DNA of 64,000 nucleotides from an uncultured delta proteobacterium (GTDB taxonomy: Bacteria; Desulfobacterota; Binatia; UBA9968), in NCBI GenBank assembly GCA_963737905.1, contig CAVTUQ010000038.1:32001-96000 (forward strand), read 5' to 3'. The notes beneath the pieces were generated by a model. That model worked only from the letters and a program-made list of their open reading frames with translations, had not been told where the DNA came from and made no database searches. Position numbers and translations under genes: made by a program. Each line of letters starts with the position of its first letter. Within the stretch, counting starts at the first letter, position 1. Below are positions 62,732-64,000 of this stretch, in pieces.

Positions 62732-63973
62732 ATGCCGCAGAACAACAAGTCGAGTCGTTCTCCCTTCCGCCATCGAGACTTTCGTATTTTCTGGACGGGC
62801 TCGTTTTTTTCCAGCATCGGCACCCAATTCACCACGGTGGCGATGGCGTGGCAAATTTACGAATTGACCAACTCACCCTTTCAAATCGGTCTGCTTGGAT
62901 TGGCGCGCGCTCTGCCGCAGATTTTTCTATTGTTGTTCGCCGGACTCCTCGCTGACGCCGTCAACCGTCGCAAACTCATGATATGCACGCAGACGGGACT
63001 CTTCTGGGTCTCGGCGACCTTGGCTATGCTCACCTACTCAGGCATAGCCTCGCCGCAACTGCTTTACATCGCGACGATGTTGCTCGCGCTGTTCAGCTCA
63101 TTGGAGCAGCCTTCGCGCCAATCCCTTATCCCCAACCTGGTGCCGCGCGAGGATCTGGCGCAAGCGCTCGCGCTCCAGGGCACCCAGCGCTATGTGCCGA
63201 TGATCGCCGGGCCGTCGCTGGCGGGCATTGTATTGGCCTTTTTCGGTCCGGCCGCTTGTTACACCATCGACGCTCTGTCGTGGCTCGCGATGCTGCTGGC
63301 CTTGCTGCTCTTAAGAACCAAGATCTCCCAGGGCGGTGGTATGCGGGCGGTTTCGCTCCGGTCCCTTAAAGAAGGGATCGGTTTTGTGTGGGGACATGGG
63401 ATCATTCTGCCGTTGATGCTGTTGGATTTCGGGGCGACTTTCTTCGGCAACGTTCGCGGGCTATTGCCGATATTCGCGCGCGATATTCTATTCGTCGGCC
63501 CCACAGGACTCGGCGCGCTTTATGCCGCCAGAGCCGTGGGCTCGGTCTGCGCGGCCGCGGCCATGAGTCTTCGCGGCCCGGTGCGGCGCAGCGGCCTGTG
63601 GGTATTTATCGGTGTCGCTATTTACGGGGTTGCGACGGTTTTATTCGCCTATTCCGGCATGTTTTGGTTTTCCGTATTGATGCTCACTTTGACCGGCGTT
63701 GGAGATACGATCAGCTCGATCCTTCGCGGCACCATCAACCAGTTGCAGACTCCGGACGAGTTGCGCGGCAGGATGTCCTCCATCAATGGCATTTTTACCA
63801 TGAGCGGCCCGCAGCTAGGCCAATTCGAAATCGGAATCATCGCCGCCTGGCTAGGCAGCGAGATGGCGGCGCTGACCGGAGGGCTCGCGTGCTTGGCCAT
63901 TCTAGTCACCGTTTCTGCTATTTTCCCTTACGTAGGTCGCTTCCGGATTCACGCCGAGTTCGCTCCCGAGTGA
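62732..63973 (+). CDS. MFS transporter (EntS/DUF894-like)
   Basis: FRIFWTG, AGLLADAVNRRK, QLQTPDELRGR, 12 TM segments. Confidence 0.88.
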   Translation: MPQNNKSSRSPFRHRDFRIFWTGSFFSSIGTQFTTVAMAWQIYELTNSPFQIGLLGLARALPQIFLLLFAGLLADAVNRRKLMICTQTGLFWVSATLAMLTYSGIASPQLLYIATMLLALFSSLEQPSRQSLIPNLVPREDLAQALALQGTQRYVPMIAGPSLAGIVLAFFGPAACYTIDALSWLAMLLALLLLRTKISQGGGMRAVSLRSLKEGIGFVWGHGIILPLMLLDFGATFFGNVRGLLPIFARDILFVGPTGLGALYAARAVGSVCAAAAMSLRGPVRRSGLWVFIGVAIYGVATVLFAYSGMFWFSVLMLTLTGVGDTISSILRGTINQLQTPDELRGRMSSINGIFTMSGPQLGQFEIGIIAAWLGSEMAALTGGLACLAILVTVSAIFPYVGRFRIHAEFAPE

Positions 63974-64000
63974 TCAACAGGAGTTCCTGCCACTAATCGC

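Noticed and set aside
147-63996. Long antisense or alternate-frame ORFs (e.g. 147-845, 12919-13668, 50424-51254, 56327-57106)
   Set aside because: They shadow well-supported genes, carry no family motifs, and are expected at this GC content.
1-64000. CRISPR arrays, tRNA/rRNA genes, transposases, integrases, prophage
   Set aside because: No regularly spaced repeats, cloverleaf signatures or recombinase/phage ORFs were recognised by eye; a covariance-model scan was not possible.

Overview
A gene-dense, GC-rich bacterial chromosome segment. Many orphan SsuA/NMT1-like and TctC solute-binding proteins plus lineage-typical small hypotheticals suggest a Candidatus Binatota/deltaproteobacterial-type MAG; this is inference only. 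It holds DNA repair genes (xth, a stand-alone LigD phosphoesterase), GH44 and GH15 hydrolases, an nfeD-floA operon, a long minus-strand run with serS, argJ, cysS and valS, a CymR-like/sulfite reductase/siroheme operon, and an aromatic ring-cleavage operon. About a dozen 1-2 nt frameshifts, many in short homopolymers and one in cysS, look like long-read errors. Main items the ORF track misses: (1) a UxxC selenoprotein peroxiredoxin-like gene (8115-7540) with an fdhF-like SECIS; (2) two in-frame deletion scars removing cysH and cysDN from an otherwise intact sulfite-assimilation operon; (3) a candidate RSPP ribosome-arrest leader; (4) a 40-bp copy of the selenoprotein RBS/start region inside a deleted binding-protein pseudogene 8.4 kb away; (5) a 1.7-kb sulfotransferase islet bracketed by REP-type direct repeats. 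No tRNA, rRNA, CRISPR array or transposase was seen.
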